Shown here: piece by piece, positions 17,465-25,956 of the stretch | Position numbering within the stretch: the first letter of the stretch is position 1 | Layout: each line of letters starts with the position of its first letter | From: Mycolicibacterium smegmatis | GTDB taxonomy: Bacteria; Actinomycetota; Actinomycetes; Mycobacteriales; Mycobacteriaceae | Length of the DNA stretch: 32,000 nucleotides | NCBI RefSeq assembly: GCF_001457595.1 | Contig: NZ_LN831039.1 | Span: 600,001 to 632,000, forward strand | Reading direction: 5' to 3' | The notes under the pieces: model-generated | Database searches by the model: none | The model's input: only the letters and a program-made list of their open reading frames with translations | Told to the model about the DNA's origin: nothing | Program-made: the position numbers and the translations under genes

Positions 17465-18529
17465 CTAAGGTGTCGGCACCACGCCCCGCGGCAGGATCAG
17501 CGGCAGGTCGTTGTAGGTGACGATGCCGGGGGGCGCGGCCACCACTGCGGGGATCGCATTGAGCGGAGGCGTGGCGGTCATGATGTGGCCGAGCACCATG
17601 AATTCTTCGAGTGTGGTGGCCTCGAAATCGGGCGGCGGGAGGAAGCCGACCTTCATGGTGACCGTCGGCCTGCCTGCCACCTCGATGACCCAACCGTCCT
17701 GATCGATCTTCCAATCCGGTTGCAGCGTCTGGCCTTTGCGCCAGCGGACGTTGATCTCGACACGGGTATGGCCGGCGACGATGCCCTTCCAGCTCGCATA
17801 CACGCCCGCCACGCAGCCCGCCGGGATGGTCCACGAGCCCAGGTCGAGATCCTCTGTGGTCTGGGCGTATTCGGCATCGCAGCGTACTTCGTCGAGTTCG
17901 ATGCCGAGGGCGTCGGCGACCATCCGCACAGCCTCGCCGAACACGCCCGTGCCGTGCGCGGTCATCGCCTGCAGGTCGGGGTGATCGATGGGTTGGCCGA
18001 AGCTGACGGGTTTCTCGGTGGCGGGGGAGTCGTAGAACGTGGTGTCGGCGGCCTCGTTGACGGTGATCTTGTCGACGCGGTCGCAGATCCCCGCGGCGAC
18101 CACCGACAACTGGTTGACGTAGCCGGGGCTGATGCCCGAGCCGAACATCGACGACCCGCCCCGTGCGCAGGCCTCGGCGATCCGGTCACGGCCGGTGCCC
18201 TGGTTGTGCCCGGTGATGAACGACGCCGTCGCGACCACGTTCACGCCGGACTCGAGGATGCGCACCAGTTCGTCGACGTTGATCCACATGGGGTTGTACA
18301 CGACCACGTCGGGCTTGAGCGCCAGCAGGGCATCGACGTCGTCGGTCGCGCTCACCCCGAGCGGCTCGATTCCGCACAATTCGCCGACGTCCTTGCCCAC
18401 CTTGTCCCCTGACCAGGCATAACAGCCCACCAGCTCCAGGGTCGGGTTCTTGGCGATCGCGGCCACCGAACTCTTGCCCACGTTGCCGGTGGTCCATTGG
18501 ACGACCCGGTAGCGAGTGGTGTCAGGCAC
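17465..18529 (-). CDS. NAD(P)H-dependent amine dehydrogenase / dihydrodipicolinate reductase-like protein
   Basis: YRVVQWTTGNVGKSSVAAIAKNPTLELVGCYAWSGDKVGKDVGELCG and FGSGISPGYVNQL. Confidence 0.85.
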   Translation of the reverse strand: MPDTTRYRVVQWTTGNVGKSSVAAIAKNPTLELVGCYAWSGDKVGKDVGELCGIEPLGVSATDDVDALLALKPDVVVYNPMWINVDELVRILESGVNVVATASFITGHNQGTGRDRIAEACARGGSSMFGSGISPGYVNQLSVVAAGICDRVDKITVNEAADTTFYDSPATEKPVSFGQPIDHPDLQAMTAHGTGVFGEAVRMVADALGIELDEVRCDAEYAQTTEDLDLGSWTIPAGCVAGVYASWKGIVAGHTRVEINVRWRKGQTLQPDWKIDQDGWVIEVAGRPTVTMKVGFLPPPDFEATTLEEFMVLGHIMTATPPLNAIPAVVAAPPGIVTYNDLPLILPRGVVPTP

Positions 18530-18573
18530 TTGTCGGACTCCCTTCGTCGGGCGCTTCGTCGCGGCCGCACGGA

Positions 18574-18593
18574 TTTTTCACGAGCGTGAGAAA
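18574..18593. promoter_or_regulatory. Candidate TetR operator in the dehydrogenase/TetR divergent intergenic region
   Basis: TTTTTCACG-AG-CGTGAGAAA, 9-bp arms with one mismatch, between the divergent starts at 18529 and 18666. Confidence 0.45.
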
Positions 18594-18665
18594 AGTAACA
18601 CGCGATGTCAATGCCCGGACCGGATCACAGTTGCCGGTCGTCGTGGGTGTCCTACTGTTGGCGAC

Positions 18666-19346
18666 GTGACGGCCGGGCGAGCAGAAGACGGTGCACGCCG
18701 GCGGCGTCGCGGCAGGCCGCGTCGCATCGATCGCGATCAGATCGTCGCAGCCGCGCGGCAGATCGCCCCCGAGTCGCTCACCATGCAGGCCGTGGCCGAT
18801 GCGCTCGGCGTCGACCGCACGGCGCTGCACTACTACGTCGGCGATCGTGACGGCCTTCTCGAACTCGTCGTGGCCGATCTGTTCGACACCGAACTGGGCG
18901 CCATCGATCTGCCCGCCGACGCGGCCTGGCAGGACGTCCTGCGGGCCTATGCCAACGCGATTCACCAAGGCGTGCTCAAATACGGCGCGACCCGCATGAA
19001 CTTCCGGATCAGCGGTGTCGGTGGCGCGGCGAGCCTGGGCTTGACCGAGCGCGTGCTGGCCACGCTCACCGCCGTCGGGTTCGGCATCGACGACGCCGGA
19101 CGGATCCTCACGCTGGTGTCCGGGTTGGCGATGTCGGCGGCCCATGACGTGCTGGGTGCCGCCGATTCGCGCTTGCACCACCAGATGCCCGAGGTGGCCC
19201 GTGCCCTGCAGGACTTCGACGCCGACCACTTTCCACTGCTCGGCGCAGTCGTCGCGCGTCGCACCGAGGCGAGCGCGACCGACCTGGACTTCAACCTCGG
19301 CATCGTCGTCGCCGGTCTCGAACGCATCTTGGAGCGTGGCGACTAG
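18666..19346 (+). CDS. TetR family transcriptional regulator
   Basis: GTG 18666; GRPRRIDRDQIVAAARQIAPESLTMQAVADALGVDRTALHYYVGDRDGLLELVVADLF. Confidence 0.9.
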   Translation: MTAGRAEDGARRRRRGRPRRIDRDQIVAAARQIAPESLTMQAVADALGVDRTALHYYVGDRDGLLELVVADLFDTELGAIDLPADAAWQDVLRAYANAIHQGVLKYGATRMNFRISGVGGAASLGLTERVLATLTAVGFGIDDAGRILTLVSGLAMSAAHDVLGAADSRLHHQMPEVARALQDFDADHFPLLGAVVARRTEASATDLDFNLGIVVAGLERILERGD

Positions 19347-19393
19347 TTCGTCCTGTCGCGTGCCCGTGCCGCTCCGTACAGCAAGATGACGGC

Positions 19394-20149
19394 ATGGCAC
19401 TCATACCCATGCCGCATGTGGACGTCGCCGACGAGCAGGTCGCTGCCGTGCTGAGCCGGGCGGTCGGACCGATCGGCCTGATCCTCGACGCGATCGCCGA
19501 CCTGGACCCGCTGGGGCTGCGGCGCCGGACGCACTACCTCGGCGAGGGCGACGGCGTCGTCGGCACCGTGCTCGACCGGATCGCCTGCGTGCTCGACTGC
19601 GCCGACATCCCGGGCACCAGGTCGTGGGAGGGCAAGGACCGTGCCGAGCGGATCGGCTGGTGGGTGCACCGGGTCGGCGCGCTGGACACCGTCATCGTGG
19701 CGTTCCCGGGGGTGTTCGGGGTGGTCGCCGATCGGCTACCGCTGCAGGACCTGCTCGGGTTCACCAACCAGGCTCTCGTGCTGTGTGCGGTCGCCCGCGA
19801 GTGCGGTGTGACAGACCATGACACGCAGGTCCGGATGCTCGCGGCGGTGCTGTGCGGCCGCGACCTGACCCAGACGCCGCGGGCGCAGACCGAGGACGAA
19901 CCGGCCGACATGTCGCTCGTGCAGCGGGTGTGGCATCTGGCCGGGATACTCAACGCGATCGGCGACGAGCTGGACAGGCGGCCGCATCCCCGCGCGCCGT
20001 TCCGCTACCTGGGCATGCTTCCGTGGATCGGTGCGGTGGCCGACTATCTCGGCGAGTACGGGGCGTTGGTGCGGGCCGCCGATGCCGGGCAGAAGTGGAT
20101 CGCGCAGCACGGCGCGCCAGCCGACGACCGGGCGCCGCTACGCGTGTGA
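19394..20149 (+). CDS. Hypothetical protein
   Basis: 251-aa ORF with ordinary protein composition. No family recognised. 3' end overlaps the convergent DUF808 gene by 12 bp. Confidence 0.75.
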   Translation: MALIPMPHVDVADEQVAAVLSRAVGPIGLILDAIADLDPLGLRRRTHYLGEGDGVVGTVLDRIACVLDCADIPGTRSWEGKDRAERIGWWVHRVGALDTVIVAFPGVFGVVADRLPLQDLLGFTNQALVLCAVARECGVTDHDTQVRMLAAVLCGRDLTQTPRAQTEDEPADMSLVQRVWHLAGILNAIGDELDRRPHPRAPFRYLGMLPWIGAVADYLGEYGALVRAADAGQKWIAQHGAPADDRAPLRV

Positions 20150-21124
20150 CGCGTCCTTGTCGTCTTTCTTCGCGTCCTTCTTCGCGTCCTTCTTGCCGAA
20201 CGGCAACAGATGCATCACGAGGACGACGATCGCGCCCACGACCAGTCCGATTACCGCGGAGATGCCGGTGTTGACCAGCCAGGCGAGCACCGCGCCGGCA
20301 CCCGGCACCGCGTGGTGCACGGCTTCCTCGAGGTGGTGGACGACACCGTAGGGCGAGTGCCAGCCGAGCGTGTCGGTGCCGACCAGCAGGATGTGACCGC
20401 CCACCCACAGCATCGCCACGGTGCCGATCGTGGCCAGCGCCGACAGCAGCTTGGGCATGCCCGCGACGAGGCCGCGGCCGATCTTGCGTGCGATGCGCGA
20501 ACTGCGCTGCGCGAGGTGCAGGCCGATGTCGTCCATCTTCACGATCGCCGCGACCACGCCGTACACGCCCGCGGTGATCACGAACGCCACCACCACCAGG
20601 ATCGCCAGCCGCGGGAGGAAGGCCTCGCTCGCCACCTCGTTGAGCGCGATCACCATGATCTCGGCCGACAGGATGAGGTCGGTGCGAATCGCGCCGGACA
20701 CCACGGATTTCTCGGCGTCGGCGCCGGTCACCGCGCTCGGCGTGGCATGCGGGTCGTGGCCGTGGTGACCGGGGAACCAGCCCCACACCTTTTCGGCGCC
20801 CTCGTAGCAGAGGTAGGTGGCGCCCACCATCAGGATCGGCGTCAGCAGCACGGGGACGAACTGGCTGAGCAGCAAAATCGCCGGGAGGATGAACACGATC
20901 TTGTTGCGGATCGACCCGATTGCGATCTTCTTGATGATCGGCAACTCACGCTCGGCGGTGATGCCGTGCACGTACTGCGGTGTCACCGCGGTGTCGTCGA
21001 TGACCACACCGGCCGCTTTCGCGGTCGCGCGTCCGGCCGCCGCGCCGATGTCGTCGACCGAGGCCGCGGCGAGGCGCGCGAGTGCGGCCACGTCGTCGAG
21101 AAGGCCGAACAGACCGGCGCTCAT
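20138..21124 (-). CDS. DUF808 (YedI-like) family membrane protein
   Basis: MSAGLFGLLDDVAALARLAAASVDDIGAAAGRATAKAAGVVIDDTAVTPQYVHGI... and LILSAEIMVIALNEV, typical of DUF808. Confidence 0.92.
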   Translation of the reverse strand: MSAGLFGLLDDVAALARLAAASVDDIGAAAGRATAKAAGVVIDDTAVTPQYVHGITAERELPIIKKIAIGSIRNKIVFILPAILLLSQFVPVLLTPILMVGATYLCYEGAEKVWGWFPGHHGHDPHATPSAVTGADAEKSVVSGAIRTDLILSAEIMVIALNEVASEAFLPRLAILVVVAFVITAGVYGVVAAIVKMDDIGLHLAQRSSRIARKIGRGLVAGMPKLLSALATIGTVAMLWVGGHILLVGTDTLGWHSPYGVVHHLEEAVHHAVPGAGAVLAWLVNTGISAVIGLVVGAIVVLVMHLLPFGKKDAKKDAKKDDKDASHA

Positions 21125-21158
21125 CGCGTCATCCCCATGGTGGGAAGGCTACCGGCGT

Positions 21159-22571
21159 TCACATGCCGATGAAGGACTCGATCCACCCGCGCGCGAAGTA
21201 CAGCACGAATCCGAGCGCCACGACCCACAGCAAAGGACTGATCTCGCGGAACTTCCCGGCCGCGGACCGCAGCACCACCCACGCCACGAAGCCGACGCCG
21301 ATGCCGTTGGCAATCGAGTAGCTGAACGCCATGGTCGCCACCGTGAGGACGACCGGCAGGGCCACGGAGAACTCGGAGAGGTCGATGTGGCGCAGATGCG
21401 ACACCATCATGGCGCCGACGACCACGAGCGCGGCCGCGGCCACCTCGGTCGGCACGACCGACGCCAGCGGCGCCACGAACATCGCCGCCAGGAACAGCAC
21501 ACCCGTGATCAGGTTGGCCAGGCCCGTGCGGGCGCCTTCCTCGATGCCCGCACCGGATTCGATGAAGACCGTGTTCGACGATGCCGACGAGGCGCCGCCG
21601 ACGACGGCGCCGGTGCCCTCGACGATCAGCGCCGATTTCAACCGGGGGAACGTGCCCTGCGGGTCGGACAGGCCGGCCTCGCGGGACAGACCCGTCATGG
21701 TGCCCATGGCATCGAAGAAGTTGGCGAAGACCAGGGTGAACACCAGCATGATGGCCGCCAGCGCGCCGATGCGGCTGAAGCTGCCGAGGCTCACCTCGCC
21801 CACCAGTGACAGATCGGGCATGGCGAACGGAGAACCCGACAGCGACGGCACCGAAAGTCCCCAGCCGCCGGGCTTTTCGACGGCCGAGCCGAGGTGCCAG
21901 ATCGCCTCGATCACGACGGCGACGACGGTGCCTGCCACGAGCCCGATCAGGATGCCGCCGCGTACGCGGCGCGCGACAAGGATCCCGGTGACCAGCAGCG
22001 TGAACACGAACACGACGGTCGGCACGGTGTTGATGGAGCCCTCGCCGCCCGCGCCCAGTCCCACCGGCGGCGACGGCAGGCCCGTCGAACCGATGAAGCC
22101 CGCGTCGACCACACCGATGAACAGGATGAACAACCCGATGCCCGCGGTGATCGCGAGCTTGAGCTGCATGGGGACGGCGTCGAAGACCAGGCGTCGCAGC
22201 CCGGTCGCGGCCAGCAGCACGATGATCAGACCGTTGATGACCACCAGGCCCATCGCCTCGGGCCACGTGACGGAGCCGACGACGGTGGTGGCGAGGAACG
22301 AGTTGATGCCGAGGCCCGCGGCGAACGCGAACGGCAATCGCGCGACGAGGCCGAACAGAATCGTCATGACGCCCGCGGCCAGCGACGTGACCGCCGACAC
22401 CTGAGCGAACTCCAGATTGTTGCCGTCCACGTCGGGCGCACTGGAGAGGATGACCGGGTTCAGCACGATGATGTACGCCATCGCGATGAACGTGACGACA
22501 CCACCGCGGATCTCAGCGGTGAGGGTCGACCCGCGCGCCGTGATGTCGAAGAAGCGATCGAGGCGATTCAT
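21159..22571 (-). CDS. NCS2 family permease (adenine/guanine/hypoxanthine type)
   Basis: MNRLDRFFDITARGSTLTAEIRGGVVTFIAMAYIIVLNPVILSS, GINSFLATTVVG, SSSNTVFIESGAGIEEGARTGLANLITGVLF. Confidence 0.93.
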   Translation of the reverse strand: MNRLDRFFDITARGSTLTAEIRGGVVTFIAMAYIIVLNPVILSSAPDVDGNNLEFAQVSAVTSLAAGVMTILFGLVARLPFAFAAGLGINSFLATTVVGSVTWPEAMGLVVINGLIIVLLAATGLRRLVFDAVPMQLKLAITAGIGLFILFIGVVDAGFIGSTGLPSPPVGLGAGGEGSINTVPTVVFVFTLLVTGILVARRVRGGILIGLVAGTVVAVVIEAIWHLGSAVEKPGGWGLSVPSLSGSPFAMPDLSLVGEVSLGSFSRIGALAAIMLVFTLVFANFFDAMGTMTGLSREAGLSDPQGTFPRLKSALIVEGTGAVVGGASSASSNTVFIESGAGIEEGARTGLANLITGVLFLAAMFVAPLASVVPTEVAAAALVVVGAMMVSHLRHIDLSEFSVALPVVLTVATMAFSYSIANGIGVGFVAWVVLRSAAGKFREISPLLWVVALGFVLYFARGWIESFIGM

Positions 22572-22582
22572 AAGTGATGACC

Positions 22583-23680
22583 CTATGGGTGCGGGCCGTC
22601 CTGTGTGCGGAGTGTGCGGTAGAAGTTGACGTGTGTCTTCGCGGCCTGCGTCCACGTCATGGCTGCGGCGAGCGTCCGGCCGGGCGCGGGGTCGGCCGGT
22701 TCTTCCAGCGCCGCAGTCATTTCCCGGGCGAATCCGGCCGGATCGGCCGCGAAGCCGACGGTGTCGCCGAACACCTCGCGCAGCACGGGAAGATCGCGCG
22801 TCACCACTGGGCGCCCGGCCGCCAGCGCCTCCATCGCGGCCAGCCCGAAACCTTCCTTGGTCGAAGGAAACGCGAACACGTCACAACCTGCCACGAGGCC
22901 GGGCAGTTCGTCGTCGGCGACCGCGCCCAGAATCACCGGTTCCACGCCCAGTTCCGTGCAGCGTCGCTCGAACGCGCTGCGGTAGTCGCGGTAGTCGAAC
23001 AACGTCTCGCCGCCGCCGATTACGAGCGACACCTCCGGGTGCCGTTGCCGCAGCATGGCATAGGCCTCGACCAGATCGAGGGTGCCCTTGCGCGGTTCGA
23101 TTCCGCCCACCGTCAGCACATAGGAGCCCAACTCGTCGCGCCAGCGCCGGATCCCGGCCTCCTGGGCCGCGGCGGCGCTGAACCGTTGCGCGTCAACACC
23201 GTTCGGGATGACGACCGGGTCGAACCCCCACCCGGCGCGCACCTCGGCGGCGACCGCCGCGGACACACAGATCCGGGCGTAGGGTTCTGCGATGGCCTTC
23301 TCGTGGCATTCCGCGAGCACCGGAGTCTTGAACTGGTCGAGGTGGTGGATGGTGCGGATGCACGGACCGACCGCGTTGGCGCTGATGCAGTCCTGCGCGT
23401 GGACGATGTCGTAATCGGCCGGGGTGAAGGCGTCGCGCAGGGTCTCGATGGACCGCAGGATCCGGTCGGTGACCGTATCGCCGGGATGGTCGACGAATTC
23501 GACGAGACGGACCGTGACGGCGGGATTGATCTCACGGAAGAAACCGCGGTCGCCGCTGCGTGCCAGAGACCACACGGTCACGTCGACGCCCAGGCGTGCC
23601 ATCGCCTCGGCGAGGTACAGCGTGTGCACCACACCGCCGCGAGGCTTGGTGGAATAGGTCAGCAACGCCACCCGCATCAT
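22583..23680 (-). CDS. Family 4-like glycosyltransferase, MSMEG_0565 family (Nit1C-associated)
   Basis: MMRVALLTYSTKPRGGVVHTLYLAEAMARLGVDVTVWSLAR...VFAFPSTKEGFGLAAMEALAAGRPVVTRD. Located in the Nit1C cluster. Confidence 0.9.
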   Translation of the reverse strand: MMRVALLTYSTKPRGGVVHTLYLAEAMARLGVDVTVWSLARSGDRGFFREINPAVTVRLVEFVDHPGDTVTDRILRSIETLRDAFTPADYDIVHAQDCISANAVGPCIRTIHHLDQFKTPVLAECHEKAIAEPYARICVSAAVAAEVRAGWGFDPVVIPNGVDAQRFSAAAAQEAGIRRWRDELGSYVLTVGGIEPRKGTLDLVEAYAMLRQRHPEVSLVIGGGETLFDYRDYRSAFERRCTELGVEPVILGAVADDELPGLVAGCDVFAFPSTKEGFGLAAMEALAAGRPVVTRDLPVLREVFGDTVGFAADPAGFAREMTAALEEPADPAPGRTLAAAMTWTQAAKTHVNFYRTLRTQDGPHP

Positions 23681-24525
23681 CGGTCCGCCTCCGACGCTAC
23701 GTGGTAACTGCCCGGACGCAACTCGGTGAGGTGGTTCAAAACTCTTCTGGCACGCGTGATCTCGGCATGAACATCGATCTCGACCTTGGCCAGCCCGCCT
23801 TTGGACCGCGTGGTCGCCAGGATGTCGCCGCCGGGCCCGACCACCTTGGCCTGCCCGAGGAAACGCAGATTCCCCATCACGCCGGTCTGGTTGGACGACA
23901 CCAGCACCACCTGGTTCTCGGCCGCGCGCGCGCAGTCGTAGAGATCGAACAGCCGCGACTGGCGGTCTGCGGGCAGGCGCGAGGCGCGGTCGGTGACGCT
24001 GGCCGGCCACGCGGACAGCGCGGCGATGATGTCGGCGCCGCCCATGGCAAGTGTTCGTGCGGCCTCGGGGAACGTCTTGTCGTAGTCGATGAGCATGCCC
24101 ACGCGGCCGACCGGCGTGTGGAACGTGCTGAAGGTGTCGCCCGCCAGATACGTCAGCGATTCCCCGACCGGTTGGTGCACCTTGCGGTACGTGCCCAAAA
24201 CCCCGTCTCCGCAGACACATACCGCCGCGTTGTACCGTCCCCCGCCCGGCGCGGACTCGGCATAGCCCACGCACACCGTCATCGGCCCCGCGGCCGAGAC
24301 CACGGCCGCGATCTCGGGGCCGTCAAGTGTCAGCGCGGGCGGTGGATCGTCGGGATCGGGCCGGTGGAAGTCGCCGATGTAGCCGCCCAGGCACGCATCG
24401 GGAAACACCAGGAAATCGACTCCGTCACGCGCCGCCGACTCGATGATGCCGACGACCTTGGTCACGCCGCGGTCCAGGTCACGGCCGAAATGCGCCGCGA
24501 CCGCGCCCAGGGTGACCGGTGCCAT
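23677..24525 (-). CDS. Nitrilase-superfamily paralog, predicted catalytically compromised (Cys to Asp, Glu to Asp)
   Basis: FLVFPDACLGGY (Glu replaced by Asp), GTYRKVHQPVGE (Lys kept), GRVGMLIDYDKTFPEAAR (Cys replaced by Asp). Compare the second nitrilase at 28576-29478. Confidence 0.88.
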   Translation of the reverse strand: MAPVTLGAVAAHFGRDLDRGVTKVVGIIESAARDGVDFLVFPDACLGGYIGDFHRPDPDDPPPALTLDGPEIAAVVSAAGPMTVCVGYAESAPGGGRYNAAVCVCGDGVLGTYRKVHQPVGESLTYLAGDTFSTFHTPVGRVGMLIDYDKTFPEAARTLAMGGADIIAALSAWPASVTDRASRLPADRQSRLFDLYDCARAAENQVVLVSSNQTGVMGNLRFLGQAKVVGPGGDILATTRSKGGLAKVEIDVHAEITRARRVLNHLTELRPGSYHVASEADR

Positions 24526-24534
24526 GCGCTCCTC

Positions 24535-25956
24535 TCACGCCTTCCCGAGACCCGTGACCGGCGACGTCAGCGCCGTCGTCGTCACGCCGTCCGGCCAGCG
24601 TAGGCGCACGCCCGGTTCGGCGGTCAACGACCCGCACTCGGAACTCGCCACACCTGCCGGCACCGCCGCGGATCCCAGCGCGCCGCCCACGGTGAGCATG
24701 CCGAAACCCGGAAAACACGTCAGCCAGGGGGCCATGCCGGCCGACGCGGGTCGCGGGATCGTCGCGACATCCAATTCGGCCCCGGTCCCGCTCGCTTCGG
24801 CCAGCATGCCCACGGTGCCGACGACGCCCGCCATGCTGACATCCTTGGCCGCGCGGGGCGCCATGCGGGCGACCAGACCGGCCATCGACGCCAGTTCCGC
24901 ACTGTTGCGCGATGTTGTCGAATCCCATTGGCGTCCGGTGTATCCCCGACGCCACCGACCGGTGGTGTCGGCGGTCAACCGCACCCGGTCCCCGGCGACG
25001 CCGCCACCCGCGGGTACCGGCGACACGGTGTGGCCCAGTGCGGTGACCGATAACGCGGCGGGCACGCCGAGTTGCGTGTGGCCGCCGAGCACCGGCACAG
25101 CCCACGCCGAGGATGCCGCCGCGATGCCGCCGATGATGCGGTCCAGCACCGCGCGCGTCGGGGCGGCCACTGCGTCGAGCAGTCCCGTCGGCGTCGCCCC
25201 CATGGCCGAGAGGTCGTTGATGTTGACCAGAACCGAGCACCAGCCCGCCCATTCCGGGTCGCGTTCCACCAATGACGGGATGATGGCGTCGCAGGCCGCG
25301 ACCAGGTCGGTGCCGGGAACAGGTGAGCCGTCGTCGCCGACGAATCCGGCCGGTCCCAGTGCGCCGTCGACCGCGCGAAGCGGGTTCAACGCCGCGCCGA
25401 GGAACGATTTGGTGGCCGCGGCGAGCGCATCGAAGGGGTTGATCTGTCGGCGCATCCACACGTGTGGGCGCGCGGCGATCTCGACGTCGCCCAGGGGGTC
25501 CCAGCCGAGCGCGGTGAACATCGGCTGGTATCGACGCTGCACGGTGGCCTCGAACCGGAGCACACCGGCGGATTCGGCGTACGCACATGCGGCGCGGACC
25601 AGCGCCGCCCCGATGCCGGTGATGCGCGTCGACCTGTCGACCACGAGCCGGCTGCCGGTCCACCAGCCCAGGTCGACTCCACCGACGGGTGCCAGACGTA
25701 CCCCGCCCAGGACCGATCCGTCGGCAGCGGCCGCGATCAGCACCACGACGCGCGGGTCATCGTCGATGTCGTCGTGGTCGCTGCCCGAGAACATGCCCTG
25801 GTCGACCACGAACGAATCGCGGCGCAGCCGACGGTAACTCGCGAGGTCGTCGGCGTTCTCGGCCGGGCGGATGAGAAACGGTGCGGTAGGTCGTGATCCG
25901 GCCAAAATGGACAGGTCGCCGGGCAGTGATGGTGTGCTGACGTCGAACTCGATCAT
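24535..25956 (-). CDS. Fused GNAT N-acetyltransferase-like / AIR synthase-related protein, MSMEG_0567 family (sll0786 + sll0787 equivalents)
   Basis: N-terminal FLIRPAENADDLASYRRLRRDSFVVDQGMF...GIGAALVRAACAYAESAGVLRFEATV followed by PurM-like DAIIPSLVERDPEWAGWCSVLVNINDLSAMGATPTGLLDAV. ATG 25956 overlaps the radical SAM stop. Confidence 0.88.
   Translation of the reverse strand: MIEFDVSTPSLPGDLSILAGSRPTAPFLIRPAENADDLASYRRLRRDSFVVDQGMFSGSDHDDIDDDPRVVVLIAAAADGSVLGGVRLAPVGGVDLGWWTGSRLVVDRSTRITGIGAALVRAACAYAESAGVLRFEATVQRRYQPMFTALGWDPLGDVEIAARPHVWMRRQINPFDALAAATKSFLGAALNPLRAVDGALGPAGFVGDDGSPVPGTDLVAACDAIIPSLVERDPEWAGWCSVLVNINDLSAMGATPTGLLDAVAAPTRAVLDRIIGGIAAASSAWAVPVLGGHTQLGVPAALSVTALGHTVSPVPAGGGVAGDRVRLTADTTGRWRRGYTGRQWDSTTSRNSAELASMAGLVARMAPRAAKDVSMAGVVGTVGMLAEASGTGAELDVATIPRPASAGMAPWLTCFPGFGMLTVGGALGSAAVPAGVASSECGSLTAEPGVRLRWPDGVTTTALTSPVTGLGKA

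Noticed and set aside
17444-18412. 322-aa + strand ORF opposite the amine dehydrogenase-like gene
   Set aside because: Antisense GC-frame artefact; the minus frame has clear Rossmann and family motifs.
21121-22266. 381-aa minus-strand ORF over the NCS2 permease
   Set aside because: Alternative-frame reading of the permease gene, without recognisable motifs.
22574-23707. 377-aa + strand ORF opposite the glycosyltransferase
   Set aside because: Frame shadow of a strongly supported minus-strand CDS, with biased composition.
23681-24274. N-terminal extension of the 563-aa glycosyltransferase ORF (22583-24274)
   Set aside because: Out-of-frame reading of the nitrilase paralog. The glycosyltransferase starts at 23680 or 23677, overlapping the paralog's stop codon.
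23677-24525. Pseudogene call for the altered nitrilase paralog
   Set aside because: Reading frame is intact, the fold motifs and catalytic Lys are kept, and coupling to neighbours is tight. That fits a retained pseudoenzyme better than a decaying gene.
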